From positions 1 through 63,877 of the forward strand of contig JBHJHL010000003.1 of assembly GCA_050330935.1 (NCBI GenBank): a stretch of 63,877 nucleotides of DNA, given 5' to 3'. Shown in pieces: positions 16,352-27,430 of this stretch. Position 1 is the first letter of the stretch; the number at the start of each line of letters is the position of its first letter. The notes under the pieces are model-generated. The model worked only from the letters and a program-made list of their open reading frames with translations, did no database searches and had not been told where the DNA came from. Made by a program: the position numbers and the translations under genes. This DNA comes from Sphingomonadaceae bacterium. GTDB lineage: Bacteria > Pseudomonadota > Alphaproteobacteria > Sphingomonadales > Sphingomonadaceae.

Positions 16352-17668
16352 CCATTTGATCGAATAGTCGCCGGCGATGAAATCGGGCTCGTCGAGCAGC
16401 GCCTGATGGAGCGGAATGGTCGTCTTCACCCCCTCGATCGCGAATTCCTCGAGCGCCCGTTTCAGACGCATGATGCAGCGTTCGCGCGTCGTTCCGTAGA
16501 CGATCAGCTTGGCGATCATCGAATCGTAATAGGGTGGGATGCGGTAGCCGCTGTAGAGCCCCGAATCGACGCGTACATGCATACCCCCGGGCGCGTGATA
16601 GCTGGTGACGAGCCCGGGCGAGGGGGCGAAGCTTTTGGGGTCCTCGGCGTTGATCCGGCATTCGATCGCATGGCCGGTAAAGCCGATCTCGCTCTGCTTG
16701 CAGGACAAGGGCTTGCCGGCGGCGATGCGAATCTGCTCGCGCACTAGGTCCATGCCGGTGATCATCTCGGTCACCGGATGCTCGACCTGGAGCCGGGTGT
16801 TCATCTCGATGAAGTAGAATTCGCCGTCCTCGTAGAGGAACTCGATCGTGCCGGCGCCGCGATAGCCCATCTCGGCCATCGCCTTGGCGACGCGCGCGCC
16901 CATTTTCTTGCGCTCCTTGGCATCCACCGCGGGAGAGGGCGCTTCCTCGAGCACCTTCCGATGGCGGCGCTGGAGCGAGCAGTCGCGCTCGGCCAGATGA
17001 AACGCCTCGCATTCGCCGTCGCCGAAAATCTGGAATTCGATATGGCGCGGATCGCCGAGATATTTCTCGAGATAGACGGTGTCGTCGCCGAACGCGTTCT
17101 TCGCTTCCGAGCGCGCCTCGCTCATAAGCTTCTCGAGCGCCGCCTCCTCGCGCACCACCTTCATGCCCCGGCCGCCTCCGCCCGAGGCCGCCTTGATCAG
17201 CACCGGATAGCCGATATCTGCAGCGATCGCGCGCGCCTCGGCGACCGATTCCAGCGGCCCGTCGGAGCCCGGGACGAGCGGCAGGCCGAGCCTGTCTGCC
17301 GCCCGCTTGGCCTCCACCTTGTCGCCCATCACCCGGATATGTTCGGGCTTGGGGCCGATCCAGACGATCTTGTGGAGTTCGACGATCTCGGCGAAGCGGG
17401 CGTTTTCGGAGAGGAAGCCGTAGCCGGGATGGATCGCGTCGGCATGGGCGATCTCGGCCGCCGAGATGATGTTGGGGATGTTGAGATAGCTTTCCGACGC
17501 GGGCGGCGGGCCGATGCACACCGCCTCGTCGGCGAGGAGAACATGCTTGGCCTCGGCGTCGGCGGTCGAATGGACGGCGACGGTCCTGATGCCCATCTCG
17601 CGGCAGGCGCGGTGGATGCGAAGCGCGATCTCGCCGCGATTGGCGATCAGGATCTTCTCGATTGCCAT
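16289..17668 (-). CDS. accC: Acetyl-CoA carboxylase biotin carboxylase
   Basis: [34 protein letters not shown]. Confidence 0.98.
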   Translation of the reverse strand: MAIEKILIANRGEIALRIHRACREMGIRTVAVHSTADAEAKHVLLADEAVCIGPPPASESYLNIPNIISAAEIAHADAIHPGYGFLSENARFAEIVELHKIVWIGPKPEHIRVMGDKVEAKRAADRLGLPLVPGSDGPLESVAEARAIAADIGYPVLIKAASGGGGRGMKVVREEAALEKLMSEARSEAKNAFGDDTVYLEKYLGDPRHIEFQIFGDGECEAFHLAERDCSLQRRHRKVLEEAPSPAVDAKERKKMGARVAKAMAEMGYRGAGTIEFLYEDGEFYFIEMNTRLQVEHPVTEMITGMDLVREQIRIAAGKPLSCKQSEIGFTGHAIECRINAEDPKSFAPSPGLVTSYHAPGGMHVRVDSGLYSGYRIPPYYDSMIAKLIVYGTTRERCIMRLKRALEEFAIEGVKTTIPLHQALLDEPDFIAGDYSIKWLEEWLAREDRVRPGAEPSEQ

Positions 17669-18175
17669 CTACTCGATGATCATCAGCGGCTGATCGAATT
17701 CGACCGGCTGCGCATTCTCGACCAGGATTCGCTTCACCGTCCCCGCCTGCGGCGCGGCGATGGGGTTCATCACCTTCATCGCCTCGACGATGAGCAGCGT
17801 CTCGCCGGCGGCGACCTTCTGCCCCACGCTGACATAGGGATCGGCGCCCGGCTCGCCCGACAGATAGGCGGTGCCGACCATCGGCGAGCGCACCAGCCCC
17901 GGATGGTCCTCGGGCGCGGCGTCGGCGGCAGTGGCGGGGCCGCTTGCCGTTTCGGCCGGGAGTTGGGAAGCGGGTGGGGATTGGGGAGCAGGTGTCGCCG
18001 GGGCCGCCGCGGCGGTGGCAGGGAGGGTGGCCAGCTTGCGCTTGACGAGCAGCCGCTTCCTGCCGTCCTGGACCTCGATTTCCGAAAGATCGCTTTCCTT
18101 GAGCAGCTCGGCCAGCTGGCGCACGAGATCGGTGTCGACCTCGAGCGGGCCCTCGCTCTCGCCCTCCTCGGCCAT
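17669..18175 (-). CDS. accB: Biotin carboxyl carrier protein
   Basis: SPMVGT, EAMKVMN. Confidence 0.97.
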   Translation of the reverse strand: MAEEGESEGPLEVDTDLVRQLAELLKESDLSEIEVQDGRKRLLVKRKLATLPATAAAAPATPAPQSPPASQLPAETASGPATAADAAPEDHPGLVRSPMVGTAYLSGEPGADPYVSVGQKVAAGETLLIVEAMKVMNPIAAPQAGTVKRILVENAQPVEFDQPLMIIE

Positions 18176-18219
18176 CGGCTGCTCTCCCTGTTCCGCCCCC
18201 CGTGCCTCGGAACTCCTAC

Positions 18220-18660
18220 TCAGAGACGGGCCGCCGCGTCCAGAGCAAGCTCATAGCCCAGAGCGCCCAAGCCCGCGATGCTGCCGGCGGCGGCGGAAGC
18301 GACGAGGCTGCGGGCGCGAAACGGCTCGCGCGCCGCCAGGTTGCTCAAATGGACCTCGATCACCGGCGGCGCGATCGCCTTCACCGCATCGTGGAGGGCG
18401 ACCGAGCCGTGCGAAAATCCGCCGGCATTGAGGATCACGGCCTTTGCCCCTTCATCGTTCGCCTCGTGGAGCCAGTCGATGAGATGGCCCTCATGGTTGG
18501 ACTGGCGGATTTCGAGCTCAAGTTCGAGCGACTTCGCCCGCCGCGCCAGCCTTTCAGCGATCTCCTCGAGCGTCTCCGACCCGTAGACTTCGGGCTCTCG
18601 TCTGCCCAGCAGATTGAGATTGGGGCCGTTCAGCACATAGACGGTCGCTGGCGATGTCAT
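18220..18660 (-). CDS. aroQ: Type II 3-dehydroquinate dehydratase
   Basis: [30 protein letters not shown]. Confidence 0.96.
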   Translation of the reverse strand: MTSPATVYVLNGPNLNLLGRREPEVYGSETLEEIAERLARRAKSLELELEIRQSNHEGHLIDWLHEANDEGAKAVILNAGGFSHGSVALHDAVKAIAPPVIEVHLSNLAAREPFRARSLVASAAAGSIAGLGALGYELALDAAARL

Positions 18661-18706
18661 ATCGCGCCCCTATATGCCCCTCCATGAACCAGGCAAAGAG
18701 CGCGCG

Positions 18707-18925
18707 ATGAGCTTCGACGACACCGTCTCGATCCGCGTCAACGGCGAGCACCGCCGCGTGCGCGAGGGGATGAGCGTCGCCCAACTGGCGCGCGAGCTGG
18801 GGCTCGCGCCCGCCAAGGTCGCCGTCGAGCGCAATCTCGAGATCGTCCCACGCTCGACTCTCGACGAGGTGAAGGTCGAGGATGGCGACGATTACGAGAT
18901 CGTCCATTTCGTCGGCGGCGGCTGA
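18707..18925 (+). CDS. thiS: Sulfur carrier ThiS
   Basis: VAVERN.EIVPR, C-terminal VGGG. Confidence 0.95.
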   Translation: MSFDDTVSIRVNGEHRRVREGMSVAQLARELGLAPAKVAVERNLEIVPRSTLDEVKVEDGDDYEIVHFVGGG

Positions 18926-19713
18926 TGAACGTCGAGACCAATATCGCCGACCGCTGGAGCGTCGCGGGCAGGCGCTTCACCTCGCGCCTCATCGTCGGCA
19001 CCGGCAAATACAAGTCCTTCGAGGAAAATGCCGCCGCAGTCGAGGCGTCGGGCGCGGAGATCGTCACCGTCGCCGTGCGCCGGGTCAATATCGCCGATCC
19101 CGGCCAGCCGATGCTCACCGACTTCATCGATCCGAAGAAAATCACCTATCTTCCCAACACCGCCGGCTGCTTCACCGCCGAGGAAGCGGTCCGCACGCTC
19201 CGGCTCGCGCGCGAGGCGGGGGGCTGGGATCTCGTCAAATTGGAAGTGCTCGGCGAGGCCAAGACACTCTATCCCGACATGCGCGAGACGCTGCGCGCGA
19301 CCGAGACGCTGGTCGCCGATGGCTTCAAGCCGATGGTCTACTGCGTCGACGATCCGATCGCCGCGAAGCAATTGGAGGAAGCGGGCGCGGTCGCGATCAT
19401 GCCGCTTGGCGCGCCGATCGGCTCCGGGCTCGGCATCCGGAACCGGGTCACCATCCGCCTTATCGTCGAGGGCGCCAAGGTGCCGGTGCTCGTCGATGCC
19501 GGCGTCGGCACCGCTTCGGACGCGAGCATCGCGATGGAGCTGGGCTGCGACGGCGTGCTCCTGAACACCGCAGTCGCCGAGGCGAAGGATCCCGTCATGA
19601 TGGCGCGGGCGATGAAGCTCGCCGTCGAATCCGGTCGGATCGCCTATCGAGCCGGCCGCATGGGCAAGCGCCGCTATGCCGACCCGTCGAGTCCGCTTGC
19701 GGGATTGATCTGA
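18925..19713 (+). CDS. thiG: Thiazole synthase
   Basis: [32 protein letters not shown]. Confidence 0.97.
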   Translation: MNVETNIADRWSVAGRRFTSRLIVGTGKYKSFEENAAAVEASGAEIVTVAVRRVNIADPGQPMLTDFIDPKKITYLPNTAGCFTAEEAVRTLRLAREAGGWDLVKLEVLGEAKTLYPDMRETLRATETLVADGFKPMVYCVDDPIAAKQLEEAGAVAIMPLGAPIGSGLGIRNRVTIRLIVEGAKVPVLVDAGVGTASDASIAMELGCDGVLLNTAVAEAKDPVMMARAMKLAVESGRIAYRAGRMGKRRYADPSSPLAGLI

Positions 19714-19758
19714 TTGCTGGATTGATCTGATGCTGGCACCGGATCGCCGCATCGATCA

Positions 19759-19784
19759 GGAACCCTCCCGTTGTTTCACCCGTT
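19759..19784 (+). promoter_or_regulatory. EcfG (general stress sigma) promoter
   Basis: GGAAC-N17-CGTT upstream of the csbD-like gene. Confidence 0.75.
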
Positions 19785-19836
19785 AGTGCTTCAAAAGCCG
19801 GGATAATTCCGGCTGGCCAAAGAAAGGAGACGAAAA

Positions 19837-20007
19837 ATGGGTGAATTTACCGAAAAAGCGAAAGGCAATGTCAACGAGGCGGTTGGCAACATCAAGCAGC
19901 AGAGCAACGATCCCGAGACGCGCCAGAAGGGCCGCGAGCAGGAGACCAAGGGCGAGGCCCAGCAGCTCAAGGGCGAAGTCGAAGGCGAGCTCGGCAACGA
20001 CATTTAA
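19837..20007 (+). CDS. CsbD-family stress protein, 56 aa (not in the ORF track)
   Basis: MGEFTEKAKGNVNEAVG...KGEAQQLKGEVEG; AAGGAG RBS; terminator follows. Confidence 0.88.
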   Translation: MGEFTEKAKGNVNEAVGNIKQQSNDPETRQKGREQETKGEAQQLKGEVEGELGNDI

Positions 20008-20029
20008 AGCCGGTTTCATATGGCTAGGG

Positions 20030-20061
20030 AAAGCCGCCCTCTACGGAGGGCGGCTTTTCTT
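20030..20061 (+). terminator. Intrinsic terminator
   Basis: AAAGCCGCCCTC-TACG-GAGGGCGGCTTTTCTT. Confidence 0.8.
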
Positions 20062-20124
20062 ATGTCCGGCTGCCTTGAAAAAGCGGCTTGATCAGGTCGC
20101 GCAGTCCCGCGAAGAGCGGGACCG

Positions 20125-21378
20125 GTGAACGCGACCGATTTCAACATTGGCCTCGCGATCTGCGCCGGGGCAGTGCTGTTTCTTACCCTGGTCGGCGGAG
20201 CGATCCGCTCCCGCCTTCCCCTGTCGCAGCCGCTCTTGTGCGTGCTGATCGGCATCGGCGTCGGTCCCGTCGGGTTCGATCTGCTGCGCTTCGATCCCGC
20301 CGCGAGCGAGGCGGAGCGCCTCATCTTCGAGCAGGCGGCGCGGGTGACGGTGGCCTTGTCGGTGATGAGCGCGGCGCTGCGCCTTCCCGACGGATTTTTC
20401 CTCGACCGCTGGCGGCCGATGGCCGTCATCCTCGGTCTCGGCATGCTGCTGATGTGGCTCGCCGCGAGCGGCCTTGCGCTCCTTCTGCCGGGCCTCACCC
20501 TGCTCGGCGCCCTCGTCCTCGGAGCGCTCGTCACACCCACCGATCCGGTGCTTGCCGGTTCGATCGTCCAGGGGCGGTTGGCCGAAAAGGCGATCCCCGC
20601 CGGGCTGCGCCATCGGATCAGCGCCGAAAGCGGCGCCAATGACGGCCTCGCCCTGCCGCTGCTTCTCCTCCCCATGATGCTGGCCGAGGCGCCCGGCGGC
20701 GCCACGGTCGCCGAATGGCTGTTCGAAGTGCTGCTGTTCGAGGTCGTCGGGGCGGCGATCGTCGGCTGTCTCGTCGGCGCGGCGGCGGGCTGGGCGTTCA
20801 CCGCCGCGCAACGGAACGAATTCGCAGAAGGCAAATCGGTCACCGCGGCGACCCTCGCCCTCACATTGGCGACGCTCGCGGCGGTGCGGCTCGGCCAGGC
20901 CGACGGCCTTCTCGCCGTGTTCACCGCCGGTCTCGCCTTCAGCTATTTTCTGCGCCGCGCGCATGACGAGAAATACGAGCATTTCCATGAAGCGGTCGAT
21001 CGCTTTTTCACCCTCCCCGTGTTCATTCTCTTCGGCGTCGCCTTGCCGTGGCCCGAATGGGAATCGATCGGCTGGTCGCTGTTCGCCGCCGCCTTTGCGG
21101 TGCTGCTGCTGCGGCGTTTGCCGGCCTGGCTGCTGCTTGGCCGGATGGGCGGCATTTATGCGCGGCCGATCGACACCGCCTTTGCCGGCTGGTTCGGCCC
21201 TGTCGGCGTCGCGGCGATGTTCTATGCCGCCTATGCGATGATGGAGAACGCCCCGCCGCTCATATGGCCCTTCGTCTCGCTCGTGGTCGCGCTGTCGGTT
21301 CTGGTCCACGGCATAAGCGCCACCTCGCTCACCCGTCTTTACGCCCAAAGAAGCCGCGGCGAGGCCCGGCAAGGCTGA
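20125..21378 (+). CDS. CPA1/NhaP-type cation:proton antiporter
   Basis: TPTDPVLA, ESGANDG, GWFGPVG; about 12 TMs. Confidence 0.9.
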   Translation: MNATDFNIGLAICAGAVLFLTLVGGAIRSRLPLSQPLLCVLIGIGVGPVGFDLLRFDPAASEAERLIFEQAARVTVALSVMSAALRLPDGFFLDRWRPMAVILGLGMLLMWLAASGLALLLPGLTLLGALVLGALVTPTDPVLAGSIVQGRLAEKAIPAGLRHRISAESGANDGLALPLLLLPMMLAEAPGGATVAEWLFEVLLFEVVGAAIVGCLVGAAAGWAFTAAQRNEFAEGKSVTAATLALTLATLAAVRLGQADGLLAVFTAGLAFSYFLRRAHDEKYEHFHEAVDRFFTLPVFILFGVALPWPEWESIGWSLFAAAFAVLLLRRLPAWLLLGRMGGIYARPIDTAFAGWFGPVGVAAMFYAAYAMMENAPPLIWPFVSLVVALSVLVHGISATSLTRLYAQRSRGEARQG

Positions 21379-21381
21379 ACT

Positions 21382-23064
21382 TCAGCCCTTCCGCTTCCTG
21401 CCTGCCTTCTTCGCGCGCCGGCGGATGCCGGAGAGGCTGGCCGCCGGCGTGATTTGCTCGATGTCGGTCTTGAGGTGGAGGAGCTTTGTTCCTTGCTCCT
21501 TCAGCGCGCGCTTGAGCGCGGGGGCGAAATGATCGGTCTCCTCCACCGTCTCGGCCCAGGCGCCATAGGCGCGGGCGAGCGCCGCGAAGTCCGGATTGGT
21601 TAGCTCGGTCCCGATGACGCGCCCCGGATAGTCGCGCTCCTGATGCATGCGGATGGTGCCGTAGCTGCCATTGTCGACGACGATGACGAGCAAATCCGTG
21701 CCGTGCTGGACCGCGGTGGCGAGCTCCTGACCGGTCATCAGGAAGTCCCCGTCGCCGGCGATCGCGACGATCCGCCGGTCGGGAAAGCGCAGGCTCGCAG
21801 CGATAGCCGCCGGCACACCATAGCCCATCGAGCCGTTGGTCGGGGCGAGCTGGCTGGGGCAGGCGGCGTAGCGCCAATAGCGGTGCACCCAGGCCGAAAA
21901 ATTGCCAGCACCGTTGCAGATGATGCTGTCCGCGGGCAGCAGCTTGCGCATCGTCGTCACCACCTGGCCGAGGTCGAGCTTCGCCTTGGCGGGATCGGCG
22001 CTGCTCCATTCGAGCCATTCGGCATGCGCCCTGCGCCCGCTCGAAAAGGCGATCACATCCTCTTCCCAGTCGGCGAGCAGTTCGGAAAATTCACGCATGT
22101 CGGAGCAGAGCGAAAGATCGCTGCGGTAGACGCGGCCGAGTTCATCGGGGTCGGGATGGACGTGGATCAGTATCTGGTCGGGATGTTCGGGCGTGATCAG
22201 GCTGTAACCATCGGTGGTCGCCTCGCCGAGCCGCGCGCCCACGGCGAGAATGAGGTCGGCGCCTTTTATCCTCTCGACCAGCGTTGGATTGGGGCCGTAG
22301 CCGAGATTGCCGGCATATACGGCGCTGTCGTTCGCGATCGCGTCCTGCCGGCGGAAGGCGGCGGCGACGGGCAAGCCGACGCGCTCGGCCCATTCGCGGA
22401 AATAATGCGCCGCCCCCTTGCACCAGCCGGCGCCGCCGACGATCGCGATCGGCGCCGCAGCCTCGCCCAGCAGCTCGATCAGCGTCGCCACGGCGAGTGG
22501 ATCGGGGGTCTGGGCCGGCGCCTTCACCGGCGGCCGGTCTTGCGCCTTCGCTTCGTCTTCGAGCATGTCCTCCGGCAGCGCGAGAACCACCGGACCGGGC
22601 CTTCCGGACATGGCGACGGCATAAGCGCGCGCCACCAGTTCGGGGATGCGCGAGGCATAATCGATCCGCGCGCTCCATTTGGCGATGGGGGCGAACAGGG
22701 CAGGAAAGTCGATCTCCTGGAAGCCCTCGCGGCCGCGCATGCCGCGCTTCACATCGCCGACGAAAAGGATCATCGGCGTCGAATCCTGGAAGGCGGTGTG
22801 GACGCCGATGCTCGCATTGCACGCGCCAGGGCCTCTTGTGACGAAAGCGACTCCCGGTCGTCCCGTCAGCTTGCCGTCGGCTTCGGCCATATAGGCCGCG
22901 CCGCCCTCGTGCCGGCAGCTGACGAGGTCGATCTCCTCGGTGCCGTGCAGCGCGTCGAGCGCCGCGAGATAGCTCTCGCCGGGCACGCAGAAGATGCGCT
23001 CGCATCCCTGCGCGATGAGATTGTCGATGAGGATGCGGCCGCCGCTTCGCTTGCCCGTGGTCAT
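21382..23064 (-). CDS. TPP-binding enzyme (acetolactate synthase-like)
   Basis: VPGESYL, RHEGGA, GDGDFLM...DNGSYG. Confidence 0.9.
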   Translation of the reverse strand: MTTGKRSGGRILIDNLIAQGCERIFCVPGESYLAALDALHGTEEIDLVSCRHEGGAAYMAEADGKLTGRPGVAFVTRGPGACNASIGVHTAFQDSTPMILFVGDVKRGMRGREGFQEIDFPALFAPIAKWSARIDYASRIPELVARAYAVAMSGRPGPVVLALPEDMLEDEAKAQDRPPVKAPAQTPDPLAVATLIELLGEAAAPIAIVGGAGWCKGAAHYFREWAERVGLPVAAAFRRQDAIANDSAVYAGNLGYGPNPTLVERIKGADLILAVGARLGEATTDGYSLITPEHPDQILIHVHPDPDELGRVYRSDLSLCSDMREFSELLADWEEDVIAFSSGRRAHAEWLEWSSADPAKAKLDLGQVVTTMRKLLPADSIICNGAGNFSAWVHRYWRYAACPSQLAPTNGSMGYGVPAAIAASLRFPDRRIVAIAGDGDFLMTGQELATAVQHGTDLLVIVVDNGSYGTIRMHQERDYPGRVIGTELTNPDFAALARAYGAWAETVEETDHFAPALKRALKEQGTKLLHLKTDIEQITPAASLSGIRRRAKKAGRKRKG

Positions 23065-23170
23065 GCCTGTCCAACTGCACGAAGGGCGCTTGCGGTTCCA
23101 CCCCTCTTGACTTGACGTTCGCGTAAACTAGTCCGGCGGGCGGACAGCGAGCAAAGGGAGCGAGACCGAG

Positions 23171-23473
23171 ATGACGACCAAGACCGAAATGGCCACCAAG
23201 CTTCATGAGGCGGGCGCCTGGCTTCCTGGCAAGCGCGTCAAGCTCGATTTCGGCGATGAGGGCATCGTCATGCTCGACGGCGTCGCCGAGAAGGTGACCG
23301 AGGAGGACGGCGAGGCCGACACCACGATCAAGGTCAGCTGGGACGACTGGCAGCAGATGGCCGATGGCAAGATGGACGGCATGACCGCCTTCATGCAGGG
23401 CAAATTGAAGGTCGAGGGCGACATGGCGAACGCGATGCAGCTCCAGGGCGTGCTCTCGAAGCTCGGCGGCTGA
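23171..23473 (+). CDS. SCP2 sterol/lipid-binding domain protein
   Basis: AFMQGKLKVEGDM. Confidence 0.9.
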   Translation: MTTKTEMATKLHEAGAWLPGKRVKLDFGDEGIVMLDGVAEKVTEEDGEADTTIKVSWDDWQQMADGKMDGMTAFMQGKLKVEGDMANAMQLQGVLSKLGG

Positions 23474-23530
23474 GCCCGCTTGACCGAATCCGACGCCGCC
23501 GCCTAACCCCTAGCGGGTAAAGGAGGGGCG

Positions 23531-24238
23531 ATGCGCAAAATCTATGCCGATGCCGAAGCGGCGCTCTATGGATTGCTCTTCGACGGCATGACGGTGTGCG
23601 CCGGCGGGTTCGGCCTGTGCGGCATCCCCTCGCGCCTGATCGACGCGATCGAGAAGAGCGGGGTAAAGGATCTCACGATCGCCTCGAACAATGCCGGCAT
23701 CGACGGCGTCGGCCTAGGCAAGCTGCTGCGCACTCGCCAGGTCAGGAAGATGATCTCCTCCTATGTCGGCGAGAACAAGGAGTTCGAACGGCAGTTCCTC
23801 GCCGAGGAGCTCGAGGTCGAATTCTGCCCCCAGGGGACGCTCGCCGAACGCTGCCGGGCAGGGGGTGCGGGCATCCCCGGCTTCTATACTAAGACCGGCG
23901 TTGGCACCGTCGTCGCCGAGGGGAAGGAGGTGCGCGAATTCGACGGCGAGGAATATATTCTCGAGCGCGGTATCGTCGCCGATCTTTCGATCGTGAAGGG
24001 GTGGAAGGCCGACAAGGCGGGCAATCTCGTCTTCCGCAAGACGGCGCGCAACTTCAACCAGCCGATGGCGACCGCCGGCAAGGTCTGCGTCGCCGAGGTC
24101 GAGGAGATCGTCGAGGTCGGCGAAATCGATCCCGACCATATCCACCTCCCCGGCATCTATGTGAACCGGCTGATCGACGGCAGTCCCTATGACAAGCAGA
24201 TCGAATTCGTGACGACGCGCGAAAGGGAGAGGGCGTGA
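23531..24238 (+). CDS. scoA: 3-oxoacid CoA-transferase subunit A
   Basis: [23 protein letters not shown]. Confidence 0.93.
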   Translation: MRKIYADAEAALYGLLFDGMTVCAGGFGLCGIPSRLIDAIEKSGVKDLTIASNNAGIDGVGLGKLLRTRQVRKMISSYVGENKEFERQFLAEELEVEFCPQGTLAERCRAGGAGIPGFYTKTGVGTVVAEGKEVREFDGEEYILERGIVADLSIVKGWKADKAGNLVFRKTARNFNQPMATAGKVCVAEVEEIVEVGEIDPDHIHLPGIYVNRLIDGSPYDKQIEFVTTRERERA

Positions 24239-24247
24239 TGACTTTTA

Positions 24248-24314
24248 CGTTCTCCGGCGCAAGCTGGAGTCCAGTTCCGGCCCTTCCCTGGACCCCGGCT
24301 TTCGCCGGGGAACG
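24248..24314. repeat. Paired inverted REP-like element
   Basis: CGTTCTCCGGCGCAAGCTGGAGTCCAG ... CTGGACCCCGGCTTTCGCCGGGGAACG. Confidence 0.7.
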
Positions 24315-24323
24315 GGCGCGCTG

Positions 24324-24959
24324 ATGCCCTGGTCCCGCGACGACATGGCCGCGCGCGCGGCGCAGGAGCTCGAGGACGGCTATTACGTCAATCTCGGTAT
24401 CGGCATCCCGACGCTGGTGGCGAACCATATCCCCGAAGGCATGGAGGTGACTCTGCAGTCCGAGAACGGAATGCTCGGCATCGGGCCCTTTCCCTATCCC
24501 GACGAGGTCGATGCGGACCTCATCAACGCCGGCAAGCAGACGATCAGCGAGCTGCCCTCGTCGAGCTATTTCGATTCAGCCACCAGCTTCGCGATGATCC
24601 GCGGCGGCCATATCGACCTCACCGTGCTCGGCGCGATGGAGGTGGCGGAGAATGGCGACATCGCCAACTGGATGATCCCCGGCAAGATGATCAAGGGCAT
24701 GGGCGGCGCGATGGACCTCGTCGCCGGAGTCAAGAGGATCATCGTCGTCATGGATCACACCGCGAAGGACGGCTCGCCCAAATTCATCCCCGAATGCACG
24801 CTGCCGCTCACCGGCACCAATGTCGTCGACATGATCATCACCAATCTCGGCGTCTTTCACCGGCCAGACCATGACAGCCCGTTCAAGCTCGTCGAGCTCG
24901 CGCCCGGTGTCGATGAGGAGGAGGTGGCCGAAAAGACGACCGCCAAATATGTGAGCTAG
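24324..24959 (+). CDS. scoB: 3-oxoacid CoA-transferase subunit B
   Basis: [22 protein letters not shown]. Confidence 0.94.
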   Translation: MPWSRDDMAARAAQELEDGYYVNLGIGIPTLVANHIPEGMEVTLQSENGMLGIGPFPYPDEVDADLINAGKQTISELPSSSYFDSATSFAMIRGGHIDLTVLGAMEVAENGDIANWMIPGKMIKGMGGAMDLVAGVKRIIVVMDHTAKDGSPKFIPECTLPLTGTNVVDMIITNLGVFHRPDHDSPFKLVELAPGVDEEEVAEKTTAKYVS

Positions 24960-25111
24960 CGTTTCGCCGGGCGCGGCCCGTTGCTGCTCGTTGCGAGAGC
25001 GCCGTTCGATGAGGAATTTTCTCCTCATGCGGTGATGATCTGCACGGCACGAGCTTGCGGTCGGCGCGAGGCCCACCTATTTTCCCCCCATCGCAGCCGG
25101 AGCCCGGATCG

Positions 25112-25438
25112 ATGACCACCTTCGACGATCGCGAAAAGGCCTTCGAGGCCCAATATGCCCGCGACCAGGAAATGCAGTTCAAGATCATCGCCCGGCGCAA
25201 CCGGTTGCTGGGGCTATGGGCGGCCGAGAAGATGGACCTCACCCGCGAAGAAGCCGAAGCCTATGCGCGCGACGTCGTTCGCGCCGATTTCGAGGAGGCA
25301 GGCGACGAGGACGTGGTCCGCAAGCTGCTCGGCGATTTCGCCGCCGCCGGCGTCGATGTCGAGGATTCGGAAATCCGCGCCGAGATCGAGGCCAAGACCG
25401 TCGAGGCGCGCCGGCAGATGATCGAGGCGCAGGGCTAG
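25112..25438 (+). CDS. ATP synthase zeta inhibitor (DUF1476)
   Basis: MTTFDDREKAFE..YA.D, ARRNRLLGLWAA. Confidence 0.9.
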   Translation: MTTFDDREKAFEAQYARDQEMQFKIIARRNRLLGLWAAEKMDLTREEAEAYARDVVRADFEEAGDEDVVRKLLGDFAAAGVDVEDSEIRAEIEAKTVEARRQMIEAQG

Positions 25439-25442
25439 TTCC

Positions 25443-25676
25443 ATGCCGATGGCGGCCGAGGATATCGAGCGAATGATCCGCGAGGCGATTCCCGACGCCA
25501 GGGTCGAGATCGCCGATCTCGCCGGCGACGGCGATCATTATGCGGCGCGGGTCGTCGCCGAAAGCTTTCGCGGCCAGAGCCGCGTCGAACAGCATCAGCG
25601 CGTCTATTCCGCGCTCGGCGGCAGGATGGGGGGCGCGCTACATGCGCTGCAGCTCACCACCGCCACCCCCGAATGA
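25443..25676 (+). CDS. BolA family protein
   Basis: GDGDHY, SRVEQHQ.VY, LHALQL. Confidence 0.93.
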   Translation: MPMAAEDIERMIREAIPDARVEIADLAGDGDHYAARVVAESFRGQSRVEQHQRVYSALGGRMGGALHALQLTTATPE

Positions 25677-25689
25677 GGAGTTCGCGACC

Positions 25690-26019
25690 ATGACCGATAC
25701 CAAGGACCGCATCGACGAGATGGTGAAGGAGAAGGATGTTCTCCTGTTCATGAAAGGCACCGCCCTGTTTCCGCAATGCGGCTTTTCGAGCCGCGCGGTG
25801 GCGATCCTCGAACATCTCGGCGTCGATTACGACACCGTCGACGTGCTGCAGGACCAGGAGGTCCGCCAGGGCATCAAGGACTATTCGGACTGGCCGACCA
25901 TCCCGCAGCTCTACGTCAAGGGCGAGTTCGTCGGTGGCTCGGACATCATGATGGAAATGTACGAAGCCGGCGAGCTCAAGAAGCTCATGGAAGACAAGGG
26001 CTTGGTGAAGGCAGGCTGA
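25690..26019 (+). CDS. grxD: Monothiol glutaredoxin
   Basis: [19 protein letters not shown]. Confidence 0.96.
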   Translation: MTDTKDRIDEMVKEKDVLLFMKGTALFPQCGFSSRAVAILEHLGVDYDTVDVLQDQEVRQGIKDYSDWPTIPQLYVKGEFVGGSDIMMEMYEAGELKKLMEDKGLVKAG

Positions 26020-26094
26020 CAATTCCGCTCGGCCGTGGTTCATCTCCGCGGCGGCACAAGGCGGATATGAAAGCAGCGCGTCTCGAATGGGGGC

Positions 26095-27333
26095 ATGAAC
26101 ATGCAGGGCGATGAAACGCTCACCTTGTGCGATCTCACCCAGTCCTGGTCGCCTTCCGGCGGGGGGATCAGCACCTATCTGGCTGAAAAGCGGCGCTATA
26201 TCGCCGCCGAGACCGACCATCGCCACGTCCTCATCGTGCCCGGCGAGACGGACCGGGTGATCGTCGACGGGCGCCTGGTTCATTGTGAGGTCGAGGCGCC
26301 GCCGGTGCGCGGCAGCCCCAATTACCGCTTTATCCTCAACTTGAATAAGGTGCGCGCGCTGCTCGCCGAATATCGTCCCGATTTGATCGAATCTCTGTGT
26401 CCCTGGGTGCTGCCATGGGCGGTGCTGCAGCATCGCCAACGTCATCCCGAAACCGCGACCGTCGCCGGCTATCGGACCGATTTTCCCAACGCCCATGTCT
26501 ATCGCGTCGGCAGGGATTTGTTCGGCCACTCCGTCGCGGCCGGAGCCCGCTCGCTTTCCTATGCCTATGCCCGCTGGCTCTACCGCCGCTTCGATGCCGT
26601 CTATACGCTCAATGAAACCGCCGCGGGCAAATTGCGCAGGCTCGGCGTCGGTCCCATCGATATCCTTCCGCTCGGCGTCGACAGCGACATTTTCCATCCG
26701 GCCAAGCGGGATCTCGAATTCCGCCGATCGCTGGGCGTCGCCGATGACGAGCCGCTGCTCATCTACGCCGGCCGGGTCGACAATGAAAAGCGGGTCCAGA
26801 CGGTGGTCGACGCCTTCATGGCGCTTCCCGGGGATTTTCGCGCCTCGCTGCTCATCGTCGGCGTTGGCAAGCTCATGGACAGCATCCGCGAGCAGACGAG
26901 AGGCAGACGCGTCCATCTTCCCGGCTTCAAGGGCAAGCGGCGCGATCTCGCCCGCGCGCTCGCCTCTTCCGACATCTATGTTTCAGGGATGGCCGACGAG
27001 ACTTTCGGCATATCGGTGATCGAGGCGCAGGCCTGCGGTCTGCCGGTGATCGGCGTCGCTAGCGGCGCGATGACCGACCGGGTTCCGGCCGGGCTCGGCC
27101 ATCTCGTGCCCGTCGACGACGGCGAGGCGATGGCTGCCGCCATCCAGCGGCTGTGGCGGGAGGATGCCAAGGCGGCCGGGCGCCGCGCGCGCCAGCATGT
27201 GCTCGACAATTTCACCTGGGACCGCACCTTCCAGACGTTGATCAACCATATCTATGTGCGCGCGCTTTCGCACGGCGCCCGGCGCAGTCCGCGCGCGCGG
27301 CTCGGGCGGCCGGGTATATTGCCGACCCGTTGA
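26095..27333 (+). CDS. GT4-family glycosyltransferase
   Basis: SGGGISTY, YAGRVDNEK, ETFGISVIEAQACGLPV. Confidence 0.88.
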   Translation: MNMQGDETLTLCDLTQSWSPSGGGISTYLAEKRRYIAAETDHRHVLIVPGETDRVIVDGRLVHCEVEAPPVRGSPNYRFILNLNKVRALLAEYRPDLIESLCPWVLPWAVLQHRQRHPETATVAGYRTDFPNAHVYRVGRDLFGHSVAAGARSLSYAYARWLYRRFDAVYTLNETAAGKLRRLGVGPIDILPLGVDSDIFHPAKRDLEFRRSLGVADDEPLLIYAGRVDNEKRVQTVVDAFMALPGDFRASLLIVGVGKLMDSIREQTRGRRVHLPGFKGKRRDLARALASSDIYVSGMADETFGISVIEAQACGLPVIGVASGAMTDRVPAGLGHLVPVDDGEAMAAAIQRLWREDAKAAGRRARQHVLDNFTWDRTFQTLINHIYVRALSHGARRSPRARLGRPGILPTR

Positions 27334-27341
27334 GCATTACC

Positions 27342-27404
27342 AGGGAAGGGGGGCGGACGGCGAGACCGGAACGAGCCTGTCCGCCCCCGGGGGAGTAGTG
27401 GACG
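27342..27404 (-). ncRNA. Candidate sigma54-dependent small RNA
   Basis: Downstream of a -24/-12 motif; C-rich single-stranded 5' end, then a GGGGGCGGAC/GTCCGCCCCC hairpin. Confidence 0.45.
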
Positions 27405-27414
27405 GCGCTTTTCA

Positions 27415-27430
27415 TGCAGGAGCCGTGCCA
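27415..27430 (-). promoter_or_regulatory. sigma54 (-24/-12) promoter
   Basis: TGGCAC-GGCTC-CTGCA on the minus strand. Confidence 0.6.

Noticed and set aside
18661-18706. TPP riboswitch upstream of thiS-thiG
   Set aside because: The gap is only 46 bp and lacks the CTGAGA motif
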